A DNA stretch of 48,905 nucleotides, taken from assembly GCA_035533955.1 (NCBI GenBank), contig DATLSW010000273.1, forward strand, positions 1-48,905, in the 5' to 3' direction. The DNA is from Ktedonobacteraceae bacterium. GTDB taxonomy: Bacteria; Chloroflexota; Ktedonobacteria; Ktedonobacterales; Ktedonobacteraceae. The notes beneath the pieces are model-generated. The model was not told where the DNA came from and made no database searches. It saw only the letters and a program-made list of their open reading frames with translations. The stretch's first letter is position 1, and the number at the start of each line of letters is the position of its first letter. Of this stretch, positions 40,209-48,905 are shown piece by piece. The position numbers and the translations under genes are program-made.

Positions 40209-42167
40209 ATGGCCTATCGTTTTCAGGTCAATGATCAACGGTGTATTAATTGCGGTATTTGTATGGATTTGTGTCCGGTGCGCTGCCTGGACATGACCCG
40301 CCCGTCAGGCACAGGCGAACTATCTCACAATGACGCGCTGCTCAGCCCTATTCCCGGCGAGTCGGCAACGCGCGCGTGGATGATGCTTGTACCTGTGCAA
40401 GTCGCGTCGTGCGTGGGCTGCCAGGTGTGCGTGCAGGAATGCCCTACTAACGCCATCACCATTGAGAGCAGCATGGTAGAGGTTCCGTTTGCCCGTCGCG
40501 GCCCGCTGACATACCTGCCGCCGGAAGCGGGATGGTTGCCGCTCGACGCCTATACGCGCGCCACGCCAGAAGAACCAGGTGAAGCGCCCTGGGGCGAGGA
40601 TCACTCCTGGCATGTGGCCGAACGAACGGCCACCTGGCAAAGCTGGCGTTCCTGGTTAGGCGAGCGCAAAGAAGATCTGCGCGCCCCCTGCCAGGCTGCT
40701 TGTCCGGTAGGGACGAACGCGGGTTTATATGTCAGCCTCATCGCTGAAGGTAAGTATGACGAAGCGCTGCGGGTCGCCGCCGAGCCGAACCCGTTCCCCA
40801 GCATCTGCGGGCGTGTCTGCACTGCCCCGTGCGAAGATGCCTGCCGCCGCGGCGAATTCGATCTACCCATTGCCATCCGCGACCTCAAGCGGTTCGCTAC
40901 CGATCACGGCACGCTCAAGCGCACGATCAGGAGGTCAAAACACTCCTATGCTGAACCGGTCGCTATCGTCGGCGCTGGCCCTACCGGGTTGAGCGCGGCT
41001 TATTACCTGGCGCGGCGCGGCTACCGCGTGACCGTCTTCGATGCCATGCCCGTCGCGGGTGGCATGATGGCAATCGGCATCCCCGACTATCGCCTGCCGC
41101 GCGCGGAGATGAACCGCGATATCGACGCGATGCGCGAACTGGGCGTAGAGATTCGCCTCGACACCGCCATCGGACGTGACATTTCTCTCCCAGAACTCCA
41201 GCAGCAATATCGCGCCGTGCTGCTGGCCGTCGGAGCGCAGCGCAGCCAGCGCCTGGGCATTCCTGGTGAGTTGATCTGGGATGGCGTCATTCCGGCTACC
41301 ACGTTTCTGAAGGACTACAACCTGAACCCGGAGACGAAGCTGTCCGGCGAGGTTGCGGTCATCGGCGGCGGCAGTACCGCAATGGACGCGGCCCGTTCAG
41401 CTTTGCGCGCCGGGGCCAGCAAGGTTCACATCCTCTATCGCCGCACGCGCGTCGAGATGCCGGCGCAGGCCGAAGAAGTGCGCGCGGCTATCGCCGAAGG
41501 CATCACGCTCCACGAACTGGTCGCGCCAGTGCAGATACTCGGCACGGAAGGGCGCGTGCATGCTATCCGCTGCCAGCGCATGGCTTTGAGCGATCCCGAT
41601 GAAAAGGGGCGGCGCAGGCCGGTTCCCGTCCTCGGCACCGAATTCGACCTGCCGGTGGAGACGGTGCTGGTGGCTATCGGCGAAGCGCCTGATCCGTCCT
41701 TCTTGCCGGAAGGCACCAGCGTCGGCGTCGCTCCCTGGGGCGGCCTGCTGATCAACCCGCAGACCCTGGCAACCGGCGCGCCGGGCGTCTTTGCTGCTGG
41801 CGATGTCACCTATGGTCCCAAGTCGATCATTCACGCCGCGGAACATGGTAGGAAAGCGGCGCAAAATATCCACGCCTTCCTGCGTGGTTTCTCACCGAGC
41901 GCGGTCGCTGAAATGCCGGAAGACGAGTTCGAGACGGCTTCAACGCTGCCGCTCAGTGGAGTCATCAGCCTGGATTTGCGACCCACACCACGCGAGATCA
42001 TGCCGCTGTGTGATGGCTCAGCCTCACATGACCGCAGCATTGAGTTCGCGAAGGGCTTTACCGAAGCGCAGGCGCGGCGCGAGGCCAGCCGCTGCTTGCG
42101 TTGTGATCTGGCCTATCTCTGCCCCACCATCAAAGCGATCAATCCTGAGAGGGCGGGTGCGCGATAA
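40209..42167 (+). CDS. 2x[4Fe-4S] ferredoxin domain fused to a GltD-like (glutamate synthase small-subunit family) FAD/NAD(P)H oxidoreductase
   Basis: CINCGICMDLCP, CVGCQVCVQECP. GltD-type N-terminal cluster region CQAACPVGTNAG...ICGRVCTAPCEDACRRG. VAIVGAGPTGLSAAYYLARRG, VAVIGGGSTAMDAA, AAGDVT. Confidence 0.85.
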   Translation: MAYRFQVNDQRCINCGICMDLCPVRCLDMTRPSGTGELSHNDALLSPIPGESATRAWMMLVPVQVASCVGCQVCVQECPTNAITIESSMVEVPFARRGPLTYLPPEAGWLPLDAYTRATPEEPGEAPWGEDHSWHVAERTATWQSWRSWLGERKEDLRAPCQAACPVGTNAGLYVSLIAEGKYDEALRVAAEPNPFPSICGRVCTAPCEDACRRGEFDLPIAIRDLKRFATDHGTLKRTIRRSKHSYAEPVAIVGAGPTGLSAAYYLARRGYRVTVFDAMPVAGGMMAIGIPDYRLPRAEMNRDIDAMRELGVEIRLDTAIGRDISLPELQQQYRAVLLAVGAQRSQRLGIPGELIWDGVIPATTFLKDYNLNPETKLSGEVAVIGGGSTAMDAARSALRAGASKVHILYRRTRVEMPAQAEEVRAAIAEGITLHELVAPVQILGTEGRVHAIRCQRMALSDPDEKGRRRPVPVLGTEFDLPVETVLVAIGEAPDPSFLPEGTSVGVAPWGGLLINPQTLATGAPGVFAAGDVTYGPKSIIHAAEHGRKAAQNIHAFLRGFSPSAVAEMPEDEFETASTLPLSGVISLDLRPTPREIMPLCDGSASHDRSIEFAKGFTEAQARREASRCLRCDLAYLCPTIKAINPERAGAR

Positions 42168-42226
42168 CCATAGCCTTACCATTGTTTTTCAGTTATTCAT
42201 TCAAAGCAGACAAAGGAGACACTACC

Positions 42227-42865
42227 ATGTCACCACAAGACCTTACCCACGCGATTGTCACTGGCATCGGCGCAGGCGGCGAACAGTTCCTGGAGGGAAC
42301 ATTGGCGGCGGTGCTGCCGATCATGTGGCTTGCTATCATGGGGCTTCAGTTGGGGCGCCCATACATCCTGGACATGATTGATCGCTTCACCTTGCGCCTG
42401 GGAGCCGATCTGCTCTGGCTCATCTACGTGGCCCTACGCGATCTGCTGATCGTCACAGGCGTCGTCATGAGCTTCATGTTCTTTTTCCCCGACGTCGTGG
42501 TCACCGATCAATTGCCCTTGACGGGCGGTCTGGCAGCGTGCGCGCTCTTCGGCGTGCTGCTGGTGAAGCTGATGGGCGATCCCGATCACAACCTGCGCGA
42601 TTTCCGCATCACCTCGACGCTGCTGGCTATCGGCGCGGCCCTCTACTTCATCCCATATGTGCTGGGCGTGCAGTTCAATGCCGTTGCGACGGGCCAGTTG
42701 GGCAGTATCAGCACCTTCCTGGTGACATCGAGCAACCCGAACTGGGCCGTTGGTATCGGCTACGTGTCGATTGTTGTAGTGGCAATCATGGGTGCTGCCG
42801 CCGCCGCTTATACACTTTTCACCGGCGGTCGCGCCGAAGCGTCCGCGTCTAGTGATCGTTCGTAG
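42227..42865 (+). CDS. uncharacterised multi-TM membrane protein, paralog 1
   Basis: AAGGAG lies 8 nt before ATG 42227. About 6 hydrophobic helices. Shares LGRPY[IV]L...LRLGAD..W..Y...RD and PLTG/PITG blocks with the next ORF. Confidence 0.65.
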   Translation: MSPQDLTHAIVTGIGAGGEQFLEGTLAAVLPIMWLAIMGLQLGRPYILDMIDRFTLRLGADLLWLIYVALRDLLIVTGVVMSFMFFFPDVVVTDQLPLTGGLAACALFGVLLVKLMGDPDHNLRDFRITSTLLAIGAALYFIPYVLGVQFNAVATGQLGSISTFLVTSSNPNWAVGIGYVSIVVVAIMGAAAAAYTLFTGGRAEASASSDRS

Positions 42866-42950
42866 AGGTGTGATTTATCATATCGCATGTTGAAGAGTAT
42901 CTTCCGCCGCAAAAAAGCAGGGGATGTGATACAGAAAGAGGAGTTTTCCA

Positions 42951-43589
42951 ATGAAACCCACTGATGTCGCCAATGCGATCACCAACTCGCTCGTACAGGG
43001 AGGTTCGGCGTGGTTAATCAGTACGATTGTGGCCTTTCTACCCGTTTTGTGGACGATGGCCTTGATGCTGCACCTGGGACGGCCCTACGTGTTGCGCACG
43101 CTGCGCCGCTGCGGCCTGCGCCTGGGCGCGGATGTTTGGTGGATGTCCTATCTACTTATGCGTGATGCTGTCCTGCTGATCACGTTCGCATTGAGCTGGA
43201 TCTTCTTTGAGCCGAACATTGTGTACAACGCGGCCTTACCGATCACTGGCCCGTTGGCGGCGCTGTGTCTGCTGCTGGCGCTGGCGGTCAAACTGTCTCG
43301 TCGGGTTGATGACGATGTGAACGCCTATCGCTGGGCGACGATCTTCCTGGTCATCGGTGCGACGTTGTACTATGTACCGCAAGTGTTTGCCGTTGAGGCG
43401 ACGAGTCAGTCCTACCTGGCCGGATTCAGCGCGGTCTTCACCAGCAACACCAATCCGACGGTCGCGCTCGTGATCATGTGGATAGCGCTGGCAAGCGCGG
43501 CACTTGTGGCTGTCTGGCTGTTCGCGCGCGCCTGGATGGCCGCCACCCACTCGATGGAGCAGCGTATCGTGCAAAAAAAGGCAGCGTAA
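42951..43589 (+). CDS. uncharacterised multi-TM membrane protein, paralog 2
   Basis: Colinear with the 42227..42865 product over essentially its full length. AGAGGAG RBS. Confidence 0.65.
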   Translation: MKPTDVANAITNSLVQGGSAWLISTIVAFLPVLWTMALMLHLGRPYVLRTLRRCGLRLGADVWWMSYLLMRDAVLLITFALSWIFFEPNIVYNAALPITGPLAALCLLLALAVKLSRRVDDDVNAYRWATIFLVIGATLYYVPQVFAVEATSQSYLAGFSAVFTSNTNPTVALVIMWIALASAALVAVWLFARAWMAATHSMEQRIVQKKAA

Positions 43590-43624
43590 AAGTCTGCTCC
43601 CGTCGTGCAATTGCGTAGCCCAAA

Positions 43625-43692
43625 GGCGGAGCTGAGAACAAACGTGCGGGACGATCGAGTGATCGCTCCGCACGTTTGTTCCTTGTTCCGCC
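43625..43692. terminator. long imperfect hairpin after the membrane-protein pair
   Basis: GGCGGA(43625..43630)...GAACAAACGTGCGG (43636..43649) / CCGCACGTTTGTTC (43668..43681)...TCCGCC (43687..43692). The 14-bp central stem is perfect, and an inner CGATC/GATCG pair lies in the loop. The T-rich tail is only TTTGTTCCTTGTT. Confidence 0.5.
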
Positions 43693-43850
43693 TTCACGGT
43701 AGAGCAGTTTTGCCGCCTACAGACTCACCGGATTGGAGTATGTTGTGATGTATTGGTGATAGGTGAGGAACTTCCGTGATGCTACTGTGAGTGTCCTCAT
43801 GTATACTCAGTTGCGAGTAGGCATCGTGACAGGCGCAGTCAGGCTTGCAC

Positions 43851-45233
43851 ATGAAAGAAAAGCGGGATAAGATGATACCATTGGATAGACCGTTGCAAGA
43901 GCCGTTGCAATCTGACGTGACGGCAATATTGATTAATCTGGCAAAGCTTGCACAGCGCGCCGGAACCGCTTCAGGTGATGCGCTCAATGATCTGGCGCAT
44001 GACTTGCTGGAACGCTTCTTGATCGCCTGTTCTGCGCAGCAGGGAGCCATAGTGCTGATGACGCCAGAAGGCGCTCTTGCAGAGCAGCCCATGCAACGCC
44101 TCAAAGACCCGCGTCTTCTCGCCCTTCATAAGATGCGCGAGGAGGATATGCACGCCCTGCTGGACGCATTTGTGCCGACCGCGAGAGTGATGGGGCGAAT
44201 CACTGGAGAGAAGTTGGATTGGCTCACGTACAGGCTGCCGCTCGTGGAGAAGCAGGATAGGCAGTCCTTGTACGCCCTCTTGCTCCTGGGATGGGGTGAA
44301 TCGGCGCAAGATCGCGCTGCTATCGGGCAGGGACAACAGGTGTTGCCTTTGCTGGCAGATGCTGTCGCGTCCGTTATTGTGACGATGTTGCAAGCTGAAC
44401 GGCTGCATGAGCTTGAGCAAGCCTCGACGCAAGCATCTCTCTTAACGATGGACTTGTTCAAGGCTGAATTGCTCGCGACAGTCAGCCACGAGTTGCGTAG
44501 TCCGCTAGCTTCTATCAAGGGCTATGCATCGACGCTGCTGCGTCACGAACGACTTCTTCCCCGCGACGAACGCCACCAGTTTCTCCTCGCCATCAATGAA
44601 GGAACCAATCGGCTGGAGTACATTGTTGACAGGTTGCTGGAGATGTCTCAGCTTGAGACGGATGCGCTTGTCCTCAACATTGCTCCCATTGACGTATCCC
44701 TCCTGGCGCGAGAGGCTATGAAAGTTGCCGAGGAGAAGCTCCCAGGCACGCTTGCCGGGCGCTTCACGTTCAGCATGTTGTTGGAAGACAGCGCTGGCAA
44801 GCCTGCCGAGAGCGTGCCGCTCGTCGCGGCAGATCTGCGTCGTTTGCGCGAGATACTTGACAACCTGCTGGAAAATGCTCTTAACTATTCTCCAGAAGGA
44901 GGCGCAATTACCGTCGTTGTCCGTCCCATCACGGTAGATTGGCCGCTGGTACGCGGTACGCCGCCGGTTGCGAAGCAGCGCCGTTCGATGCTTGAAATGT
45001 GCGTCTGTGACACGGGCATTGGCATTGCACCGGAACACCTCGATCTCATTTTCGATCGCTTCTACCGCGTCGATATGCGACTGACGCGCGAGGTGAACGG
45101 TCTGGGCCTCGGCCTGGCGATGTGCAAACGCATGGTCGAGTTGCATGATGGCGCTATCTGGGCAGAGAGCTTGCCGGAAGGAGGGAGCGTGTTCCGTGTC
45201 TTGCTCCCACTAGCAATAAGTAGTGATGAATGA
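43851..45233 (+). CDS. soluble (no TM) sensor histidine kinase
   Basis: H-box ATVSHELRSPLASIKGY, N-box LLENALNYSP, G1 DTGIGI, G2 GLGLGLAMCK. The ~200-aa N-terminal region has no hydrophobic helix. Confidence 0.85.
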   Translation: MKEKRDKMIPLDRPLQEPLQSDVTAILINLAKLAQRAGTASGDALNDLAHDLLERFLIACSAQQGAIVLMTPEGALAEQPMQRLKDPRLLALHKMREEDMHALLDAFVPTARVMGRITGEKLDWLTYRLPLVEKQDRQSLYALLLLGWGESAQDRAAIGQGQQVLPLLADAVASVIVTMLQAERLHELEQASTQASLLTMDLFKAELLATVSHELRSPLASIKGYASTLLRHERLLPRDERHQFLLAINEGTNRLEYIVDRLLEMSQLETDALVLNIAPIDVSLLAREAMKVAEEKLPGTLAGRFTFSMLLEDSAGKPAESVPLVAADLRRLREILDNLLENALNYSPEGGAITVVVRPITVDWPLVRGTPPVAKQRRSMLEMCVCDTGIGIAPEHLDLIFDRFYRVDMRLTREVNGLGLGLAMCKRMVELHDGAIWAESLPEGGSVFRVLLPLAISSDE

Positions 45234-45277
45234 AGCGTTCTGATGGGTGATCAAAAAGAAAGATTGGAGACAGTTTC

Positions 45278-46006
45278 ATGAAGAAGACAACCATATTGGC
45301 CGCTGATGACGATCCGCAGTTGCTGCGTCTGGTAACGCGCAACCTGCAGTTAGAAGGCTACGAGGTTCTCGCGGCGAGCGACGGCCAGCAGGCGCTTACC
45401 CAGATCGAAGAGCAATCGCCCGCGCTGGCGCTGCTTGATGTCATGATGCCGAAAATGGACGGCTTTAGCGTCACGCAGCGCGTGCGCACTTTCTCGTCTA
45501 TGCCGATTATCATGCTGACGGCGCGCGGGCAAGACCAGGATAAGATTCGCGGCCTCGACCTGGGGGCGGACGATTACCTGACCAAGCCCTTTAGCATCGA
45601 GGAACTGCTAGCTCGTGTGCGGGCCGTGCTGCGCCGCTCGCAGTTCACCGCGCAGGAAGCAGGACATGGCGTCCCAGGCACGCAGATCATCGGTGACTTG
45701 ACGATTGACTACTCCCAGCGCCTCGTGACACTCGCAGGCATGGAAGTCCCTCTCACACCGACAGAATATCGCATCCTGGCCTACCTCGCGCAGAATGCTG
45801 ACCGGGTCGTGACGCAGGACTTGCTGCTTGAGCATGTGTGGGGCGCGGAGTATCTCGGTGAAAGCCATATGCTCCAGGTCAATATCAATCGCCTGCGCCA
45901 CAAGATAGAGACGGATATCGCTCACCCGCGCTATCTTCTCACGAAGGTTGGCATTGGCTACTATCTTGCCAATCAGTCTGCCACTCCGGCCAGTCAGACG
46001 GGCTGA
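45278..46006 (+). CDS. OmpR/PhoB-family response regulator
   Basis: Receiver ILAADDDPQLL...LALLDVMMPKMDG...LTKP, and winged helix LTPTEYRILAYLAQNADRVVTQDLLLEHVWG. Confidence 0.9.
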   Translation: MKKTTILAADDDPQLLRLVTRNLQLEGYEVLAASDGQQALTQIEEQSPALALLDVMMPKMDGFSVTQRVRTFSSMPIIMLTARGQDQDKIRGLDLGADDYLTKPFSIEELLARVRAVLRRSQFTAQEAGHGVPGTQIIGDLTIDYSQRLVTLAGMEVPLTPTEYRILAYLAQNADRVVTQDLLLEHVWGAEYLGESHMLQVNINRLRHKIETDIAHPRYLLTKVGIGYYLANQSATPASQTG

Positions 46007-46038
46007 CTTTTTCAGGCAGAATCGCTCAGGCACACGAA

Positions 46039-48090
46039 TCAGAAGGTGATTCTGCCTACTCGCAAGGCATTCAGGATGACAAGGACGTCAATGCCTTCCT
46101 GTAAAAGCGCGCCCGCTGCCGGGCTGATGAAGCCGAACGCGGCGAAGAGCATAGCAATGACGCTCAGGCCCATGCCAATCCAGATACCCTGGAGTGCCAC
46201 GCGCATCACCCCTCTGCCCATGCGCACTGCTCGCGCCACGCGCAGGATATCTGTCGAAAGCAGAACTGTGTCGGCAGCGGTCGCGGCGGCGGTTAACCCC
46301 TCCATGCCGAGCGCCATCCCGACCGTCGCGGTTGCCAGCACCGGCGCGTCGTTAATACCGTCACCCACCATCAGCACGCGATGTCCCTGCTGCTCCAATT
46401 CCTTAACGGTGCGTACTTTGTCTTCGGGCAGGCAGCGCGCGATCACGCGATCCACCTGCGCGATCGCGCCGATCTGCCGCGCTACTACCTCGCTATCTCC
46501 CGTCAGCAGGATAATCTCTTTGATACCCGCTGCTTTTAAATTGGTTGTGAGCTGTGAGAGATCTGCGCGCGGTACATCTTCGAGTACCAACAGCCCCTCA
46601 ACCTGCTTCTCCACCGCAATGAAGCTACAGATTTGCCCGGTCTCGACGCGCCTTTCGCGTTCATCGAGCAGTGAATCGGGGACAACAATGCCGAGATGCT
46701 GCATGAACGTGCGGTTGCCCACCGCGACCGCGACCATGTTGCTCGCTCCGTCTGCACCGTTCACCGGCACGCCCCCTCGCACACCCTTGCCGAATAGTTC
46801 CTCAAAATCTGTCGCCGGAGTGAGGGAGAGCAAGCGGTTCTGTGCCGCTTCCACCACGGCACGCGCCAATATATGTGTCGAGAGCTGTTCAACCGAGGCC
46901 GCGAAGCGCAACAGGGTATCCTCGTTCTCCTGTGGAGAGATAGGGCGCATCTCCTGGCTGTCCGCGTCCATCACTTCCGTAGGGCGCTGATCCCGCTCCA
47001 CAAGCACAATAGCCGTCACTTTAGGCGTACCGAGTGTGAGCGTCCCTGTTTTGTCAAAGACGGCGATATCCACTTCTCCTAATTGTTCGATGGACGCGCC
47101 GCTCTTGGCAATGACGCCATTACGAGCCGCGAGATCGATGCCGGACATAATAGCAATCGGCGTTGCTAGAATCAGTGGGCAGGGCGTGGCGACGACCAGA
47201 ACGGCCAGGGCATAGACGCTATCGCCCGACAAAACCCATGCCAGGGCAGCCACAACTACTGCCACCAGCGTAAATCCGATACTGTAGCGGTCGGCTAAGC
47301 GATGGATAGGAGCTTTTTGCGTTTGGGCTTCCTCCACCAGGTGTACAATCTGCGCGTACTTACTCTCCGCGCTGAGTTTGCTGGCGCGAATCTCCAGCAC
47401 CCCATCCAGGTTGACGCTGCCCGAAAGGACAGACATGCCAGGAGTTTTGCGGACGGGGACGGGTTCACCGGTCAGGTCTGCTTCGCTCAAGCTGGAAGTA
47501 CCAGATGTGACGACGCCATCGACAGGAATCAATTCACCCGGCTTGACGACGATCTCCATGCCTACTACAATCTGGTCTGCTGGCAATGTGACGAGTTCAT
47601 CTCCCTGCCAGGTATGCGCGCTCCGTGGAGCGCGCTCAGCCAGCGCCGATAATGAAGAGCGGGCGCGTCGCAGCGCGTAGGCTTCCAACGCTTCACCACC
47701 CGAAAGCATCAGCACGATAATCGCGCCCGCCAGGTATTGCCCCAGCAGGAGTGACCCCGCGATAGCCAGGATGGCAATCACATCAACGCTAAACTCCTTG
47801 TGGAAGAATTGTTGCACAGTCTCCCACAACAGCGGAATACCTCCCAGCAGCACAACCGCCAGCAGTGTCCAACTGGTGATATCGTTGCGCCCGCCAAGCC
47901 AGAAGCCCAGGCTTCCTGCCAGCAGCGCAACCGCCCCAAAAGGTATGGGATAGTGTTTTATGGTACGCCACAAACGCTCATACCAGGGTTTCCTGGTCGC
48001 GGAAGGGGAAACATTGCCGGATGTCTTCTCTGCTGGAAGAGGAGAGACAGTGGGTGGTGTTATTTTGTGCGTGCTTTCTATGTTTAGCAT
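46039..48090 (-). CDS. P1B-type heavy-metal-translocating P-type ATPase (no N-terminal CxxC metal-binding domain)
   Basis: TM CPC motif (VVATPCPLILATP), DKTGTLT, TGDSEV, GDGINDAP. The N-terminal 60 aa lack any Cys pair. Confidence 0.9.
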   Translation of the reverse strand: MLNIESTHKITPPTVSPLPAEKTSGNVSPSATRKPWYERLWRTIKHYPIPFGAVALLAGSLGFWLGGRNDITSWTLLAVVLLGGIPLLWETVQQFFHKEFSVDVIAILAIAGSLLLGQYLAGAIIVLMLSGGEALEAYALRRARSSLSALAERAPRSAHTWQGDELVTLPADQIVVGMEIVVKPGELIPVDGVVTSGTSSLSEADLTGEPVPVRKTPGMSVLSGSVNLDGVLEIRASKLSAESKYAQIVHLVEEAQTQKAPIHRLADRYSIGFTLVAVVVAALAWVLSGDSVYALAVLVVATPCPLILATPIAIMSGIDLAARNGVIAKSGASIEQLGEVDIAVFDKTGTLTLGTPKVTAIVLVERDQRPTEVMDADSQEMRPISPQENEDTLLRFAASVEQLSTHILARAVVEAAQNRLLSLTPATDFEELFGKGVRGGVPVNGADGASNMVAVAVGNRTFMQHLGIVVPDSLLDERERRVETGQICSFIAVEKQVEGLLVLEDVPRADLSQLTTNLKAAGIKEIILLTGDSEVVARQIGAIAQVDRVIARCLPEDKVRTVKELEQQGHRVLMVGDGINDAPVLATATVGMALGMEGLTAAATAADTVLLSTDILRVARAVRMGRGVMRVALQGIWIGMGLSVIAMLFAAFGFISPAAGALLQEGIDVLVILNALRVGRITF

Positions 48091-48256
48091 GATGCCTCAT
48101 TATCGTCTATAGTCTTAGATTTGTCACACTCCCATCATAGCCGGCACAACTCACAAAACGCTCTCAAATATGAAGGGCCAAATCACATTTAGCACACAAC
48201 GCCATACGCTGCTTCTCCTTATTTTTCTTTGTCGTCTTGCCAACGTTCCTGCTTCC

Positions 48257-48905
48257 TTAGCCCTGTCGAGGGCGCACAATCAACAGAGGCAGCCTCGTTC
48301 TTCCCAGCAGCGCCTCGCTGACGCTGCCAAGAAGCAGACGCGAGAGACCGCCTCGCCCGTGCGTTGCTACAGCCAGTATATCACTGCCACCGAAGATTCC
48401 CGCGCCTCTGGTCGCTTTGCCTTGTTCCGCGCACGCGATCAGCGCGTGTGGAATATCGCTGTCAACCACGATAGACCAGGTGACGGACAGGTGGAATTGC
48501 TTCTCCAGTTGCTCTCGCAGATCCCTGGCGACTTCCCTCAGGTAGTCCTCCGCCTCATTGATAGCCATTTCTCTGTTCCTGCGCCTCTGATCATCTGGCG
48601 TGCCGCCGATTTCAGGAAATTGTACCACCTGCACCAGGTGTAACAATCCCGGCGCGGGAGCAGCCAGCGCCGAAACCAGGTGCGCTGCGGGTGAGATGGC
48701 CTCTTCCGCCAGCTCAGAGCCATCAAGCGCGACGACCCCTGTCACCGTATGCAATGGGCGACTGGCGTCCGGGTAAGAACTGGCTGGAAACGTCCCGCCC
48801 GCGCGCAGCGCCAGCACGGGCGCCGCACTGTGCCGCGCTACCTGCTGCGTGACACTGCCGATCGCCCACCGTTTGAAGCCGGTGTATTCGTGTGTCGTCA
48901 TGACG
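48257..48905 (-). CDS. tandem universal stress protein, 5' end outside the window (partial)
   Basis: The window-edge sequence (V)MTTHEYTGFKRWAIGSVTQQVARHSAAPVLAL is the end of a first Usp domain, so the true start lies beyond 48905. Second domain: VATHGRGGLSRLLLGSVSEALLGRTRLPLLIV. Confidence 0.8.
   Translation of the reverse strand, partial: VMTTHEYTGFKRWAIGSVTQQVARHSAAPVLALRAGGTFPASSYPDASRPLHTVTGVVALDGSELAEEAISPAAHLVSALAAPAPGLLHLVQVVQFPEIGGTPDDQRRRNREMAINEAEDYLREVARDLREQLEKQFHLSVTWSIVVDSDIPHALIACAEQGKATRGAGIFGGSDILAVATHGRGGLSRLLLGSVSEALLGRTRLPLLIVRPRQG

Noticed and set aside
43694-44104. 136-aa minus-strand ORF upstream of or overlapping the kinase start
   Set aside because: It overlaps the kinase N-terminus and the long hairpin, has no RBS, and has Cys/Ser-rich odd composition. 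It is probably non-coding.
46014-46055. GGCAGAATC...GATTCTGCC inverted repeat between the convergent response regulator and ATPase genes as a terminator
   Set aside because: The 9-bp arms are separated by a 24-nt loop, the right arm lies inside the ATPase coding end, and there is no T-run. The support is too weak to call.
44505-46990. 213-aa minus-strand ORF (44505..45146) and 314-aa plus-strand ORF (46046..46990)
   Set aside because: Antisense to the histidine kinase and the P-type ATPase respectively. Their S/R/T/P-rich composition is typical of antisense frames.
1-48905. Mobile-element or prophage origin of the sulfur island; tRNA, rRNA or ncRNA genes
   Set aside because: I saw no transposase, integrase, recombinase, phage genes, flanking direct repeats or tRNA-like cloverleaf sequences in any intergenic region. 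By eye, base composition does not shift obviously across the island borders. This was not computed.

Overview
48.9-kb chromosomal segment of moderate-to-high GC. I found no rRNA, tRNA, CRISPR array, transposase or integrase by eye. The protein flavour and a GGGCGAC..GTCGCC hairpin repeat suggest a Chloroflexota (Ktedonobacteria-like) genome, but this is unverified. There are three blocks. (1) 1-10.8 kb: an ECF sigma/anti-sigma pair, then a plus-strand glycan/exopolysaccharide cluster. It holds two paralogous GT-B/CgeB-like proteins, a CE4 deacetylase, an MsbA-like ABC exporter, an 872-aa clan GH-A hydrolase::GT2 synthase::TM fusion and a YdjC deacetylase. A duplicated ~157-nt leader precedes two of these genes. 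(2) 11.2-35.5 kb: a dense sulfur-oxidation island. Its core is a 16-gene minus-strand operon in the order tusA, dsrE3, shdrC1, shdrB1, shdrA, shdrH, shdrB3, etfB, etfA, emo, a small double-CxxC protein, two lbpA, a lipoate-protein ligase, a YrkE-type DsrE protein and a 70-aa ORF. This matches an Etf/Emo-coupled ('type II') sulfur-oxidising heterodisulfide-reductase-like system. It is flanked by two ArsR-type regulators, a rhodanese, DUF302, an FmdB zinc ribbon, a GntR regulator, a persulfide-dioxygenase::2x-rhodanese fusion, a LysR regulator and a signal-less molybdopterin oxidoreductase whose FeS and NrfD subunits are fused (SoeABC-like candidate). (3) 35.7-48.9 kb: two anchored proteins of unknown function, an SDR, tandem-Usp proteins, a ferredoxin::GltD-like flavoprotein followed by two paralogous uncharacterised membrane proteins, a soluble histidine kinase with an OmpR-type regulator, and a P1B-type ATPase. 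Non-coding signals include near-consensus promoters overlapped by inverted-repeat operators, an 11-nt x ~5 tandem repeat, a 59-nt tandem duplication and REP-like hairpins.
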